Shown here in pieces: positions 50,504-60,788 of a stretch of 64,000 nucleotides of DNA (its first letter is position 1; every line of letters starts with the position of its first letter). The notes below the pieces were generated by a model. It saw nothing but the letters and a program-made list of their open reading frames with translations. It had not been told where the DNA came from and did not search any database. The stretch is taken from assembly GCA_963768425.1 (NCBI GenBank), contig CAVYHV010000009.1, forward strand, positions 32,001 to 96,000, in the 5' to 3' direction. The translations under genes were made by a program, and so were the position numbers. The stretch comes from Candidatus Bathyarchaeota archaeon. Its GTDB lineage: Archaea; Thermoproteota; Bathyarchaeia; Bathyarchaeales; Bathycorpusculaceae.

Positions 50504-53386
50504 ATGAGCCAAACCAAGGAAATTGAGCAGAAATGGCTAACCAAATGGGAAGCCGCACACGTTTTCGAAGCTGACCCTGACCCTAAGCGTAAGAAGATGA
50601 TGGTGACTTTTCCGTACCCATACATGAATGGTCCTTTGCACGTTGGGCACACTTTTACCGCATCTCGGGTTGACGCTTATGCCCGCTTCAAACGTATGCA
50701 GGGCTTCAATGTGCTTTGGCCTTGGGGTTGGCATTGGACGGGTCAGCCGCTTCTGGGGGCAAGCCAACGGGTCGCAAGGGGCGACGAAGCCTTCATCAAA
50801 GTGCTCCGTGAAGTCGACGGCGTTCCTGAGGAGGAACTGAAAAAGTTCGTCGACCCTCTCTATATGGCGCAGTATTACACCGACGAAGGGCGCAAAGCTG
50901 CGAAGGGCATAGGGTTCAGTGTTGACTGGCGCCGTGAGTTCACCACAGTGTTTCCGACTTACCAGAAGTTTATCGAGTGGCAGTACAAGAACCTCCGCGA
51001 AAAAGGCTACGTTACACAGGGAACGCACCCAGTAGTTTGGTGCCCAAAAGACCAGAGCCCCACAGGAGACCATGACCGACAATCAGGCGAAGGAGTAACA
51101 CCTGAAGAGTACACGCTAATAAAATACGTTCTTGCCACCAATACCTATTTACCGGCGGCAACTTTCCGCCCTGAAACAGTTTACGGCATAACAAATATTT
51201 GGATAAACCCCGATGCAACCTACGTTGAAGCAGACGTCAACGGCGAAAACTGGGTAATCAGCCAAGAAGCCGCGGAAAAACTGAAAGAACAAGAAAAGAA
51301 GGTGCAGGTGAAACGCTCCTTCAAAGGCTCAGAGCTCATCGGCAAAACCTTCCTAAACCCCATCACAAAAGAGACCTTCCCGATTTTGCCAGGATGGTTT
51401 GTCGACCCTAAAACCGCCACAGGCATAGTTTACAGCGTTCCAGCTCACGCACCCTATGATTGGCTAGCGCTTAAGGACCTGCAGGAGAAGCCCGATATTC
51501 TCTCTCAATTCAGAGTAGACCCAGAAGTAGTGAAGAAGATTAAACCCATATCAATCATCAAAGTCGAAGGATTCGGCGATTTCCCAGCCGTTGAAATAGT
51601 GCAGCAGATGGGTATCAAAGACCAGAACGATCCCAAAGCTGACAAAGCCACGAAAGAACTTTACAAGAAAGAGTTCCATGGTGGAGTTTTGAAAGAGAAC
51701 TGTGGGCCTTACGCTGGGAAAACCATTCGGGAAGCCAAAGATGTTTTAATCGCTGATTTCCGATATCTCGGAATCGCCGACTGCATGTATGATTTGCCTG
51801 AGCAAGTAGTTTGCCGCTGCATGACTCCGTGTATTGTAAAGATTCTTAGTGAACAATGGTTCCTCAATTATTCCGATCCACAGTGGAAGATGTTGGCGAA
51901 AGCTGTTGTGGATCAAATGACGGTTTACCCTGAGGCAGCTAAACCATGGTTCTGCACTGTTATCGATTGGCTTAGGGAATGGGCGTGTGCAAGAACAACT
52001 GGGTTCGGAACCCCACTGCCATGGGGGAAAGGTTGGATTATCGAAACGCTTAGTGACAGCACTGTTTATATGGCGTTCTACACCGTAAACAAACATATAA
52101 AACAAAATTGCATAAAGCCTGAGGCTCTAACGCCTGAGGTTTTCGACTACATCTTTTATGGCAAAGGCAACGCCGCACAGCTTGAAGAGGCAGTTGGCAT
52201 AAAAGCTTCTTTGCTTGATTCAATGCGCAGCGAATTTCTCTATTGGTATCCCTTCGACTTAAGAAACTCAGCCAAAGAGCTCGTGCCAAACCATTTGACG
52301 TTCTGTATCTTCCATCATGCCGCTCTTTTCCCGCCTGAGCACTGGCCTAAAGCGATGGGAGTCAACGGCATGCTGATGGTTGAAGGCAAACAGATGCACA
52401 AGAGCAAAGGCAACTTCATAACCATGAAAGGCGCAGTTGAAAAATACGGTGCGGATGCAACACGATGCGCCCTGCTTTTGGGTGCAGAAGGCATGGATGA
52501 TCCTGACTGGCGCGCAGAAAACGTAAGCGATATCAAAACAAAGTTTGAGGCATTCAACGGGTTCGCAAGCGGAATAATATACTCAGCGAAGACTGAAGAA
52601 GGCACTGTGATGGAGCGGTGGTTGCAAAGCAAGCTTCAAAGAAGAATCAAAGAAGTGTCAGTAAGCCTTGAGGAGATGAAAACCCGCACTGCCCTGCAGG
52701 TTGCATTGTTTGAAATTTGGAACGATTTGCGTTGGTATATCCAGCGCAAAGGCAGAGCTGACGCTAAGGAGTTGGTTGGCGTCGTCAAAGTTTGGATCAA
52801 AATGCTTGCACCCTTTGCCCCTTTTATCTGCGAGGAACTTTGGAGTAAAACGGGCGAAGCCTGTTTTGTCAGTGTAGCTCAATGGCCAATTTGCGACGAA
52901 GAGAAAATCGATGTGGCGGCTGAAGAACAAGAGAACCTAATAACCGACATTATGGAAGATACTACCAACATTCTGAAAGCCACCAAAATCACACCTAAAC
53001 GCATATGCTACTACACAACTGCGTCTTGGAAAATTCAGGTTTATCTCAAAATCCTGGAGAAGAGTTTAGCTGGCGAGGTAAAGATCAACGAGTTGATGAA
53101 GGATTTGGCTTCCGACAAGGAATTCAAGCCGCGCATGAAGGAGATTGCTGCGTTGGTGCCGAGAATAGTTAAGGCTTTTACTAGGCTGCCGACGGAACGG
53201 AAAACTAACTTGTCGAAGATTAAGGGGCTTGCTGAGAAGGAAATCTTGGATGAAGCAGTTGGCTTTTTGGAGGAGCGCTTCAAAGCTGCAGTGCAGGTTT
53301 ACGTTGAAACTGACGGGGAACGCTATGATCCTAAGAATCGCGCAATGATGGCTATGCCGAATCAGCCTGCAATATACATCGAGTAA
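50504..53386 (+). CDS. leuS: Leucine--tRNA ligase (archaeal type)
   Basis: FPYPYMNGPLHVGH, ATFRPET, SVPAHAPYD, LSDSTVY, KELVPNHL, QMHKSKGN. Confidence 0.97.
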   Translation: MSQTKEIEQKWLTKWEAAHVFEADPDPKRKKMMVTFPYPYMNGPLHVGHTFTASRVDAYARFKRMQGFNVLWPWGWHWTGQPLLGASQRVARGDEAFIKVLREVDGVPEEELKKFVDPLYMAQYYTDEGRKAAKGIGFSVDWRREFTTVFPTYQKFIEWQYKNLREKGYVTQGTHPVVWCPKDQSPTGDHDRQSGEGVTPEEYTLIKYVLATNTYLPAATFRPETVYGITNIWINPDATYVEADVNGENWVISQEAAEKLKEQEKKVQVKRSFKGSELIGKTFLNPITKETFPILPGWFVDPKTATGIVYSVPAHAPYDWLALKDLQEKPDILSQFRVDPEVVKKIKPISIIKVEGFGDFPAVEIVQQMGIKDQNDPKADKATKELYKKEFHGGVLKENCGPYAGKTIREAKDVLIADFRYLGIADCMYDLPEQVVCRCMTPCIVKILSEQWFLNYSDPQWKMLAKAVVDQMTVYPEAAKPWFCTVIDWLREWACARTTGFGTPLPWGKGWIIETLSDSTVYMAFYTVNKHIKQNCIKPEALTPEVFDYIFYGKGNAAQLEEAVGIKASLLDSMRSEFLYWYPFDLRNSAKELVPNHLTFCIFHHAALFPPEHWPKAMGVNGMLMVEGKQMHKSKGNFITMKGAVEKYGADATRCALLLGAEGMDDPDWRAENVSDIKTKFEAFNGFASGIIYSAKTEEGTVMERWLQSKLQRRIKEVSVSLEEMKTRTALQVALFEIWNDLRWYIQRKGRADAKELVGVVKVWIKMLAPFAPFICEELWSKTGEACFVSVAQWPICDEEKIDVAAEEQENLITDIMEDTTNILKATKITPKRICYYTTASWKIQVYLKILEKSLAGEVKINELMKDLASDKEFKPRMKEIAALVPRIVKAFTRLPTERKTNLSKIKGLAEKEILDEAVGFLEERFKAAVQVYVETDGERYDPKNRAMMAMPNQPAIYIE

Positions 53387-53452
53387 ACGCGCCGGCTATC
53401 CCATTTAGAAGCGACTCAAAAAGATGGTTCAGTTTGGGATTGAACCCAAAGG

Positions 53453-53851
53453 TTAGCTTTCTGCCTTCGTGGGTTCTTCCCGATTCTTTAGTTTTTCTTC
53501 CAGAAGTAGCAAAAGCTCCTGAGGCTTAACAGGTTTGACCAGGTAAGCGTCTGCTCCTTCGTCAAGCGCCTTAACGCCTGTCTCAAGCGATGGGAACCCA
53601 GTAATCATGATTTTCACAGTGTGTTGGAGCTCTTTTTTGAGTCTCGCAAGCAGGTCTGTGCCATCCATATCTGGAAGCCGGATGTCAACCAACGCTAAAT
53701 CGTAATGACGATTTTCCGCTTTGTCCATGGCTTCCTTGCCTGTTTCCGCGACGTCGATCTCGTAGCCGCTTTTCTGAAGAATACGGGTGAATGTTCGAAG
53801 AATTGATTTATCATCATCAACAACAAGTATGTTTTTTTTAGATCCTGCCAA
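53453..53851 (-). CDS. Single-domain response regulator
   Basis: VVDDD, LVDIRLPD, ITG, YLVKP. Confidence 0.92.
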   Translation of the reverse strand: MAGSKKNILVVDDDKSILRTFTRILQKSGYEIDVAETGKEAMDKAENRHYDLALVDIRLPDMDGTDLLARLKKELQHTVKIMITGFPSLETGVKALDEGADAYLVKPVKPQELLLLLEEKLKNREEPTKAES

Positions 53852-54085
53852 TCATTTGCTCCTCCATTTTGACACAGGTGCTCTCTTCAACCCATCTTAA
53901 AGTTGAATGATAAGCCGTCAAGCCAATGCGAGGCAAAACCAAGCCTAAACTTGATTTGACCGACAAAGACTCCGACCCTTTTTTGGGTATGGTAAAAATG
54001 GTTTTCGAGACTAATAAACGCTATCCCGCTACGCAATTTCGACTAAGCGATAAAACTGGGAAACCAAAGCAAAATCGACGTAGGT

Positions 54086-54712
54086 TTATAGTTCTTTTTT
54101 GAAGTAATGTTCAAGTAGCCTTCTTGTTCCTCTGCGAATGATCTCAGACAATGTCGCAGGGCTAATCCCTAGTTTAGCAGCCAACTCCACCATTCCGACT
54201 TGGCGTGGATAATCGAAGAAGCCGCTTTTCAGTGCAAGCCAAAAGATCCTTTCCTGATTCTCGGTCAAAACGCCAATTTGCTGCTCGAACTTGCCTACTT
54301 TTAGAATCTTTACGCTGTGATGGGTTTTTTCTAAATCAGCTATTATGCCTTTGTAGGCTTCGGGAGTTGGCACCATGAAACTGTAAGTTATGATATCGTC
54401 TTGCATGCTTTTGCCTGAAACCAAGAAAGCGTCGTGGGAAAGGATTGTGTTGCAGACTTCGCAGCCTTCGCTTTCCAGCCAAACCGCTGATTTTCCTTCA
54501 ACATGTCCTTTAGCGGCAAGCTCATGGGGAACCCTGCGTGCCTGCTCTTCGCCAACATCCATTAGGTGCCTGACTGACCCGCTGCTGGAACTGCGCACAT
54601 CAACTACTTTCATGTGCACAAACCCGAGGGTAGCAAGCTTCTTCACCATTTTGCAGTGCTTGTTCTCAACTTCAATCACGACATGGTACGGTTCACGCCA
54701 AGCATCAACCAC
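54086..54712 (-). CDS. HTH_10 (bacterio-opsin activator-type) transcription regulator
   Basis: LTENQ....ALKSGFFDYPR....ELAAKLGISPATLSEIIRR. Confidence 0.88.
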   Translation of the reverse strand: MVDAWREPYHVVIEVENKHCKMVKKLATLGFVHMKVVDVRSSSSGSVRHLMDVGEEQARRVPHELAAKGHVEGKSAVWLESEGCEVCNTILSHDAFLVSGKSMQDDIITYSFMVPTPEAYKGIIADLEKTHHSVKILKVGKFEQQIGVLTENQERIFWLALKSGFFDYPRQVGMVELAAKLGISPATLSEIIRRGTRRLLEHYFKKEL

Positions 54713-55004
54713 AGCTTATCAACCTTAAGTTTAGATAACGGAAAAACCTGAAGTTAAAGATAGTTGCCTAAAGGAAGAGGAATTCTGACAGTTCAGGTTC
54801 ATTTGCTTTTCGTGATGATTTTACATCTCAAACAATAGCTATTCTTTAAGGGCGCTTTCTTTCTGCCCGACTATCCGATCGGTTCACTGTATGCTTCAAA
54901 GGGGCTTGCCTAGATGAACCTAATGGAACTTGTCATTAAAGCGAAAAAGTCGAAAGTCGAAAAGTAAATTAGGAGTAAACAACAAAGAAGAAGTGGAAGA
55001 TTTT

Positions 55005-55460
55005 GTTCTTTGTTTTTTGGGTTGTTTTTTTGGTTTGGGGCTTGGATAGGTTGCAACTGGTCTCCCAAAACATCTCGAAACATCTTAAAACATCTTAAAA
55101 CATCCCAAAACATCCCAAAAAGTCGCAGGGGAATAAGCGTTCAGAAGTGTGATTCAACTGGTTTTTCAACGTTTTTGGAGTCAGATTTTTTTGTTTGCGG
55201 TTTGGGTTGCTTTTTTGTGGAGAAGATTGAATAATCTGCAGGCTCCGTCATTTAAAGTCCATTACCGTCCTTTACCGTCCTTTAAAGTCTATAGAAGTCC
55301 ATTAAAGTCCTTTACCGTCTTCTAACGTCAAAAATAAAGTGGGAGCTAATGGTTTTGGCTTTGATTTTTCTTTGTGAAGTGGGTTGTTTTTCTCTTTTGG
55401 GGCTCAAAATGGTTTCAGGTCAAGACATTATTAAGTACTATTAGACATTCTTAGCCGAAA
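55005..55460 (-). repeat. Three tandem copies of the dispersed repeat (10-bp arrays plus A-rich core)
   Basis: (aaacatc...)n at about 55067-55120 and (..gtcc/ttta)n at about 55245-55330, each adjoining a 'caa..cccaaa..aaaaa.caacc' core on the minus strand; the third copy is more degenerate. Confidence 0.65.
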
Positions 55461-55741
55461 TTAGACAATCTGCAATTAAAGGAATGAATTCATTCAGGTT
55501 AACTCAAAAGGAGGAAAAAACGATTCCATAATCTCTGATCTAGAAATACTGATAGATTAAAGGAAAGTAGATATCAAATTGCGCGGTGAATTTTAAATTT
55601 TAACTATTGCTAGTGAAATATTCTTTATTGGTTTTCTGCCCCGCTTCTATTTTGAAAGTGAACAAAAACAAACAAGCAACCATGAAAAAACCGTTGTCCA
55701 TAGCCTTCAACTTTTTTAGAAGGAGATTGCTGATTTTGAGT

Positions 55742-56983
55742 ATGCTCACTCCGATTTTTTGGCGCAGAAGAAAACTTTCGAATGGTCTGACCGTGCTGCT
55801 TTTTCCACACGAAAACGCGAATACGACGCAGCTTTCGATCGCTGTTGAATACGGGTCGAACCAGGAGCCTGAAGAAATCGCCGGATCAGCCCATTTCCTT
55901 GAACATATGCTTGCAGGAGGTTCGGCAAAACGAATCCAGCTATCGCGAAGCATTGAGGATTCCGGCGGAATTTTGGATTTCTACACTGAACGCGAATACA
56001 TGATGGCGACAATGAGTATCCTTCCAGAAACGCTACCTGAAGCCTCCGTTGTCATGTCCAAGCTTCTTTTAAATAACGCCTTTGAGAAAGAAAAATTCAG
56101 CCAAGAACGGAAAATAATTCTTAACGAGTTAGCTGAAGCGTCCGATGACCCAACAGAAAAAGTCGAAGAACTACTTCTGAAAAATCTGTTTAAGATACAT
56201 CCCATAAAGCGCCCAGTAGGAGGTTTTCCAAAAACAATAAAGCGATTAACCTTAGATCAAGTAATCAAAGCGCATGACGCAAATTATTTTCCACAAAACA
56301 TGGTCTTGATCTTGACGGGTAACTTCTCTGGAAAAACCTATAAAAAGGCTTTTGAAGAATTCGAAAATAAACCTGCTGGGGAAACACTTCAAAAAAAGTC
56401 TTATTCTGTTGAATCAGCTAAACCTAAACCAATTGACGTTAAGAAAAAAGCAGGATTGACTCAAACGTACTTGAGTATTGGTGCAAGGACCGTTTTTTCA
56501 AGCCACAAAGATGTACCAACGTTAGACTTGATTAGTGCAATCCTTAGCGGAGGTGCGGGTTCACGACTATTTATAGAGTTGAGAGAAAAGAACGCGTTCA
56601 CTTATGACGTTCAATCGGACCATAACGAGGGCTTAGATTGGGGTTACTTCAACGTTAACTGCGCCGTGAAAAACAAAAATTTTGATAAGGCTAAAACCTT
56701 AATTTTCAAAGAATTATTAAAGTTGAGAACCGAAAAGGTACCGGTTGATGAAATACAAAGAGGCAAAAACCTAATCACAGCAGAAATTCTCAGGGCAATG
56801 GACAACCCGCAGCAATCATCCGATATACTCGCCTACATGGAAATACAATTCAAGAGCGAGAAATCGCTGGCAGACTACATTGATCACCTCAAGGCTGTAA
56901 CGAGCGAGAACATATTGGAAGCTGCCAACACTTACCTTCAAGAAGACTCCTTTTCAACAATTCTTCTTACTCCAAAAATATGA
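55742..56983 (+). CDS. M16 family zinc peptidase
   Basis: HFLEH inverzincin motif, ERKIILNE, HP, SRLFIELREK; likely start at ATG 55742. Confidence 0.9.
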   Translation: MLTPIFWRRRKLSNGLTVLLFPHENANTTQLSIAVEYGSNQEPEEIAGSAHFLEHMLAGGSAKRIQLSRSIEDSGGILDFYTEREYMMATMSILPETLPEASVVMSKLLLNNAFEKEKFSQERKIILNELAEASDDPTEKVEELLLKNLFKIHPIKRPVGGFPKTIKRLTLDQVIKAHDANYFPQNMVLILTGNFSGKTYKKAFEEFENKPAGETLQKKSYSVESAKPKPIDVKKKAGLTQTYLSIGARTVFSSHKDVPTLDLISAILSGGAGSRLFIELREKNAFTYDVQSDHNEGLDWGYFNVNCAVKNKNFDKAKTLIFKELLKLRTEKVPVDEIQRGKNLITAEILRAMDNPQQSSDILAYMEIQFKSEKSLADYIDHLKAVTSENILEAANTYLQEDSFSTILLTPKI

Positions 56984-57042
56984 GTCCCTGTTTTATGTAG
57001 CGTCAAGGCAGAAAAAATAGCTTCAAAAACAGTGTTAATTTA

Positions 57043-57271
57043 GGGTGCCGCTTGGCAGTTTACTCTTCTGCCTAAAAGGATGCTCAGAAACGCACATTTG
57101 GGAGCCTAAGCCCCATAGAACGGATCCGAAAGCAGAGCCATATCATGACAGCAGATTTACCTGCCAAACGACTCGGTTTGATCGCTGAATATCTCCTACG
57201 GGATAGCGAGATTATAAAAATTTGTGGTAGTTCGCAATCAGTCACAAGTACCTGGCGAGTCTGCGCTGTCA
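57043..57271 (+). ncRNA. Candidate multi-helix structured non-coding RNA
   Basis: Several nested stems with G.U pairs on the plus strand and a cUACGg tetraloop at 57194-57203. Confidence 0.5.
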
Positions 57272-57312
57272 CGGTTTAAGTATAAATAAGGCAGCCACGG
57301 TTTTCGTTACAT

Positions 57313-57651
57313 TTGGGTGAGCTAAAGTTGAATTTGGAAGAAATGAAGGCGCAAATTGAAGATTTGGTAATCGCTAAGGGGTTTTACAACAAACCCGAGG
57401 ACATTCCGAAGAAGCTCCTTTTCGCGTTCATCGAGCTAGGCGAAGCAAGCGACGCTTGGAAGAAAGGATTGCCAGAAGAGAAAATAGCTGAAGAGCTCAT
57501 CGACGTGATTTTTTATGTTTTGGATGCGAGCCGCTTAGCCTGCCCCAACACTGACATGGATGAAGCATTCGCAAAGAAACTTGCGAAAAACCTTGGCCGA
57601 CCCTTCCAGTACGGGGAAGGCCACCGCGTCAAAGCTCCTGAAGAGAAATAA
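57313..57651 (+). CDS. MazG-like nucleotide pyrophosphohydrolase
   Basis: IELGEASDA...EELIDV..Y...KLAKN..R. Confidence 0.8.
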   Translation: MGELKLNLEEMKAQIEDLVIAKGFYNKPEDIPKKLLFAFIELGEASDAWKKGLPEEKIAEELIDVIFYVLDASRLACPNTDMDEAFAKKLAKNLGRPFQYGEGHRVKAPEEK

Positions 57652-57698
57652 AAAGGTTAAGCTTCTTAAGAGAAATGTAATTAGAAATTAAACGTAAA

Positions 57699-58601
57699 AT
57701 GTTTATTATAACTGGATTGTCAATATCTTCTGGGTCGTTCATGGGGTACCATCCGCAGACTAAGTCGCCTCGAAGCTCTAAGCGAGGATACAAACCTCCG
57801 TATGGAAAAGACAAAGACCGGAAACGGAAGAGCAATTCTTCAGAAAATTCTACGCTTGAAAAGCGTGTTGCTTCTCTGAAAGAAGTTTCGGACAAAACTC
57901 TGCAGCAATTGCGTGTTTTGGGAAACCAGAAATTTGGTTCTTCTCCGTTCAGTGAGCACTTCGACCGTTGGCTACTAGACATCACAGAGGTCCTATCCGA
58001 GTTCGAATCAAACCCAAACGTGAACGCAGATGACGAGTTCGTAATGGAACGCTCACAAATACTCTCTGCTGTCAATGTTGAACTCGAGCAGAGGCGCAAT
58101 ACTGAGGCCTCGCTTGATGACGCTGCCAAAAAACTATTGATTAACAAAAACCTTCTAGCTCGAATTAACGCCGACTACGTTTCCAAGATGAGCGAGATTA
58201 GTGGGCAAAAAAACAGTAAAATCAGGCGTTTGTACCGCAATATCGATGATCTAAAAAAAGAGCTGGATGACGTGATCCGGATGAAAGCTGGTCTCTTCAG
58301 AGGCATCTCCAAGAAGAATAGGGAACAAAAGGAGACTGAAAAAACCCAGAAATTGATCACCATTCAAAGAGAACTTGAATTAACCATGCTAGAATTCACT
58401 GAAGCAAAAGAAAGACTCCGTGATGAATACGAAAAAAATAGACAGCCGGTAATCGAGCAACTAAGAGACTGGCAAAAAAAGATCGAGATTCTCGAGTCCG
58501 ACGGTTCGCGGGAAGACAGATGGTTTGCATGCGACTCTCTCGTAGAAGCAGTGAATGCACTCCTACAAAGAAAAACGCTCAAGTTCCATAAGCCTGTTTA
58601 G
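57699..58601 (+). CDS. Coiled-coil hypothetical protein
   Basis: LGNQKFGSSPFSEHFDRW followed by long heptad-rich helices. Confidence 0.65.
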   Translation: MFIITGLSISSGSFMGYHPQTKSPRSSKRGYKPPYGKDKDRKRKSNSSENSTLEKRVASLKEVSDKTLQQLRVLGNQKFGSSPFSEHFDRWLLDITEVLSEFESNPNVNADDEFVMERSQILSAVNVELEQRRNTEASLDDAAKKLLINKNLLARINADYVSKMSEISGQKNSKIRRLYRNIDDLKKELDDVIRMKAGLFRGISKKNREQKETEKTQKLITIQRELELTMLEFTEAKERLRDEYEKNRQPVIEQLRDWQKKIEILESDGSREDRWFACDSLVEAVNALLQRKTLKFHKPV

Positions 58602-58737
58602 AGATCTCTATCAAGGGAAATCACTGAAGGAGAAAGCAACCAGCAAAAAAGGCAACCTAAAGCAAGTTGTTTATTGGAAAGGAAATCATGTTTACTTTGC
58701 AGAATCCTAAGAAAGCAAATACCTAAAAGGGCAATTA

Positions 58738-59217
58738 ATGAACAAAACCCCAAAACCGAACGAAAAACCCGAAAAAACGGAGTTCACTCACCCAATAAAC
58801 CTGCGATTAGAATGCATCAAATGCGGCTTATGCTGCGGCGATACTGAGAAAAAGACAAGGCACATTTTGCTTCTGAAAGACGAAACTGAAAAGATTGCGC
58901 TCCAAACAGGTCAACCTACAAATGTTTTTTCAGTTGAAGCGTTGGGCAAATACCCATATGTTTACGAGATGAAGAAATCAAATGAAGGAAAATGCGTATT
59001 CCTAAAAGATAATCAATGCATCATTTACCCCAAAAGACCGCTAATCTGCATTTTTTACCCGTTTGAACTAAAATTCAACGAGGAAAAAGATGCCCATGTT
59101 TTTGATTTTACGGTTGAGTGCCCGGGAATAAATAAAGGAAAATTGCTGAAGAAAGATGACTTCAAAAAACTATACGATACAGCTCAGGAAAGGTTAGCTC
59201 AAAAAAATTCTTGTTAA
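58738..59217 (+). CDS. YkgJ family cysteine-cluster protein
   Basis: CIKCGLCC, CVFL...C.IY..RP..C..YPF, CPG. Confidence 0.85.
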   Translation: MNKTPKPNEKPEKTEFTHPINLRLECIKCGLCCGDTEKKTRHILLLKDETEKIALQTGQPTNVFSVEALGKYPYVYEMKKSNEGKCVFLKDNQCIIYPKRPLICIFYPFELKFNEEKDAHVFDFTVECPGINKGKLLKKDDFKKLYDTAQERLAQKNSC

Positions 59218-59678
59218 AGCTGGTGCAGAATGTCGTTTTGTTCAAGTATCACGCCGCAGTAATGGCATTTTAAGGCTAGAGGTTCTTCACTTTTGACATA
59301 GAATTTTGGGATTGCGGGTTCATCACTGTTGCTTATGCAACAGGGATTTGAGCACTTAACTATACCTTCTATGACATGGGGTAGCTTAACCTCCACTTTT
59401 TCGACAACTTTGTAGTTGCGGACAATGTTGATTGAAGCGCGCGGAGCCACCAGGGCTATGCGGTTGACTTCCTGCGGGTTTATCGCTCTGCCCTCAATCT
59501 TCACGATGTCTTTGGCTCCGAAACGTTTGCTTGCAACGTTGATGGCTATTGTGATGACTAGTTTTTCCTTGCCCGTTATCCCCAGGATCTTGATGACGTC
59601 CAAGGCGTATCCGCTTCGGATGTGGTCAATTACCGTGCCATCTTTAATTTTTGAAACTCTAAGATCCATGTAGCTCAT
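59214..59678 (-). CDS. pyrI: Aspartate carbamoyltransferase regulatory subunit
   Basis: IKDGTVIDHI, KDIVKIE, CSNPCCIS, CHYC. Confidence 0.95.
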   Translation of the reverse strand: MSYMDLRVSKIKDGTVIDHIRSGYALDVIKILGITGKEKLVITIAINVASKRFGAKDIVKIEGRAINPQEVNRIALVAPRASINIVRNYKVVEKVEVKLPHVIEGIVKCSNPCCISNSDEPAIPKFYVKSEEPLALKCHYCGVILEQNDILHQL

Positions 59679-59816
59679 AGAAAGCTCCAGATAAGAGGGA
59701 ATGCACAAGGTACAAATAAGATTTTATGTTAAATGTGCCCGCGATATTTTAGACAACTAAGTTGCGACGGCTTTTAGAAACGATTTTTCCGATTCGTTAT
59801 TTCCCTTTTATCCCGG

Positions 59817-60788
59817 CTAAGGCAACGTCAGGTTCCCCGCCACTCGGAGCTTCGCCCCCTCCAGATACATCAATACCGCCTTGTCATTCGGGCGATGGAT
59901 AAGCGGTTTATCTAGAGTCAATGTTAGGGTTGGTTTTCTCCATTCGCCCGATTCGCTGACGGTTTCGACCTTGGCGGTTACGAACTGGGTCCAATAGCCG
60001 ATATGCATGACCATTCCTTGCTTTATGGGTGTCTGCCAATATTTCACAAGGGTTGCGTGAGTTTCCAGCTTGGACGAAGCCTTAATCGATGCGTCATTAG
60101 TCAAAACCACGCCGCGATCCAAATCTTCGACCTCGATGTTTTTCAAAGCAAGTCCCACTCGGTCTCCCTCACCGGCAACATCAAACTCGTCATCATGCTT
60201 CTGTATTGAACGAACTTGCGCCGATTTCCCACCTGGCAACGCATTGAGGATTTCATGTTTCTGAATTGCGCCGTAAACAACCATGCCGAGCACGACGACG
60301 CCTACGCCTTTGACATTAAAGGAGTGGTCAACTGGAACGGTTCCAATGGCTTTTTGCCCATCTGAATATTCGGTGGTTTTTTGTTTTGAGGCTTCTATCA
60401 AAAGCTGTTCTCTTAGGAAATTGGAATCGTCGTTTGCGAACTCGAAATTTTCAAGGATTGTTCCTTTGACAAGCGATTCGATTTTTTCTTTAGGAATGTA
60501 GTTTCTCAATATGAAGTAGCCTGTTTTGATGTCTGAGCATTGAAGCATTACTAAGCATTCCCCGAAGGTGGCATCTATTTGGTCAACAACGACAATAGCT
60601 TTCTTCGAGAGCGAAACAGCGTAGAAAAGGGGGGCAAGCCTTTCAGGGTACCTCTCGGGCTCAATCAGAGTCACGGTGTCTTCACCTTTCTTAAGGTTGT
60701 AGAATGTGATGTCTGTTGATGTTCCTTTCTTGCCGATGCTTCCTGCGTACCCTAAAGCGCCAAGAACGGCGACCGTTACGTTTCCCAT
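59817..60788 (-). CDS. Archaeal SelB-like (EF-Tu domain II/III) protein with a degenerate G domain
   Basis: GKKGTSTDIT.YN, VDHSFNVKGVGVVVLG, VRSIQKHD, GDRVGLALKN; no GxxxxGKS P-loop. Confidence 0.75.
   Translation of the reverse strand: MGNVTVAVLGALGYAGSIGKKGTSTDITFYNLKKGEDTVTLIEPERYPERLAPLFYAVSLSKKAIVVVDQIDATFGECLVMLQCSDIKTGYFILRNYIPKEKIESLVKGTILENFEFANDDSNFLREQLLIEASKQKTTEYSDGQKAIGTVPVDHSFNVKGVGVVVLGMVVYGAIQKHEILNALPGGKSAQVRSIQKHDDEFDVAGEGDRVGLALKNIEVEDLDRGVVLTNDASIKASSKLETHATLVKYWQTPIKQGMVMHIGYWTQFVTAKVETVSESGEWRKPTLTLTLDKPLIHRPNDKAVLMYLEGAKLRVAGNLTLP

Noticed and set aside
50537-53283. Antisense and alternate-frame ORFs inside leuS (and similar shadows within other long genes)
   Set aside because: They overlap well-supported genes and have no recognisable motifs.
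54800-54925. C/D-box sRNA (GTGATGA near 54812) and short hairpins
   Set aside because: No CTGA D box at a suitable distance downstream; the stems are short enough to arise by chance.
55245-55330. Possible CRISPR array
   Set aside because: Units are 10 bp and contiguous with no unique spacers; treated as part of the dispersed repeat family.
57043-57271. RNase P or SRP RNA
   Set aside because: The conserved GAGGAAAGUCC and GCCAGG..GGAA..AGCA signatures are not present on either strand.
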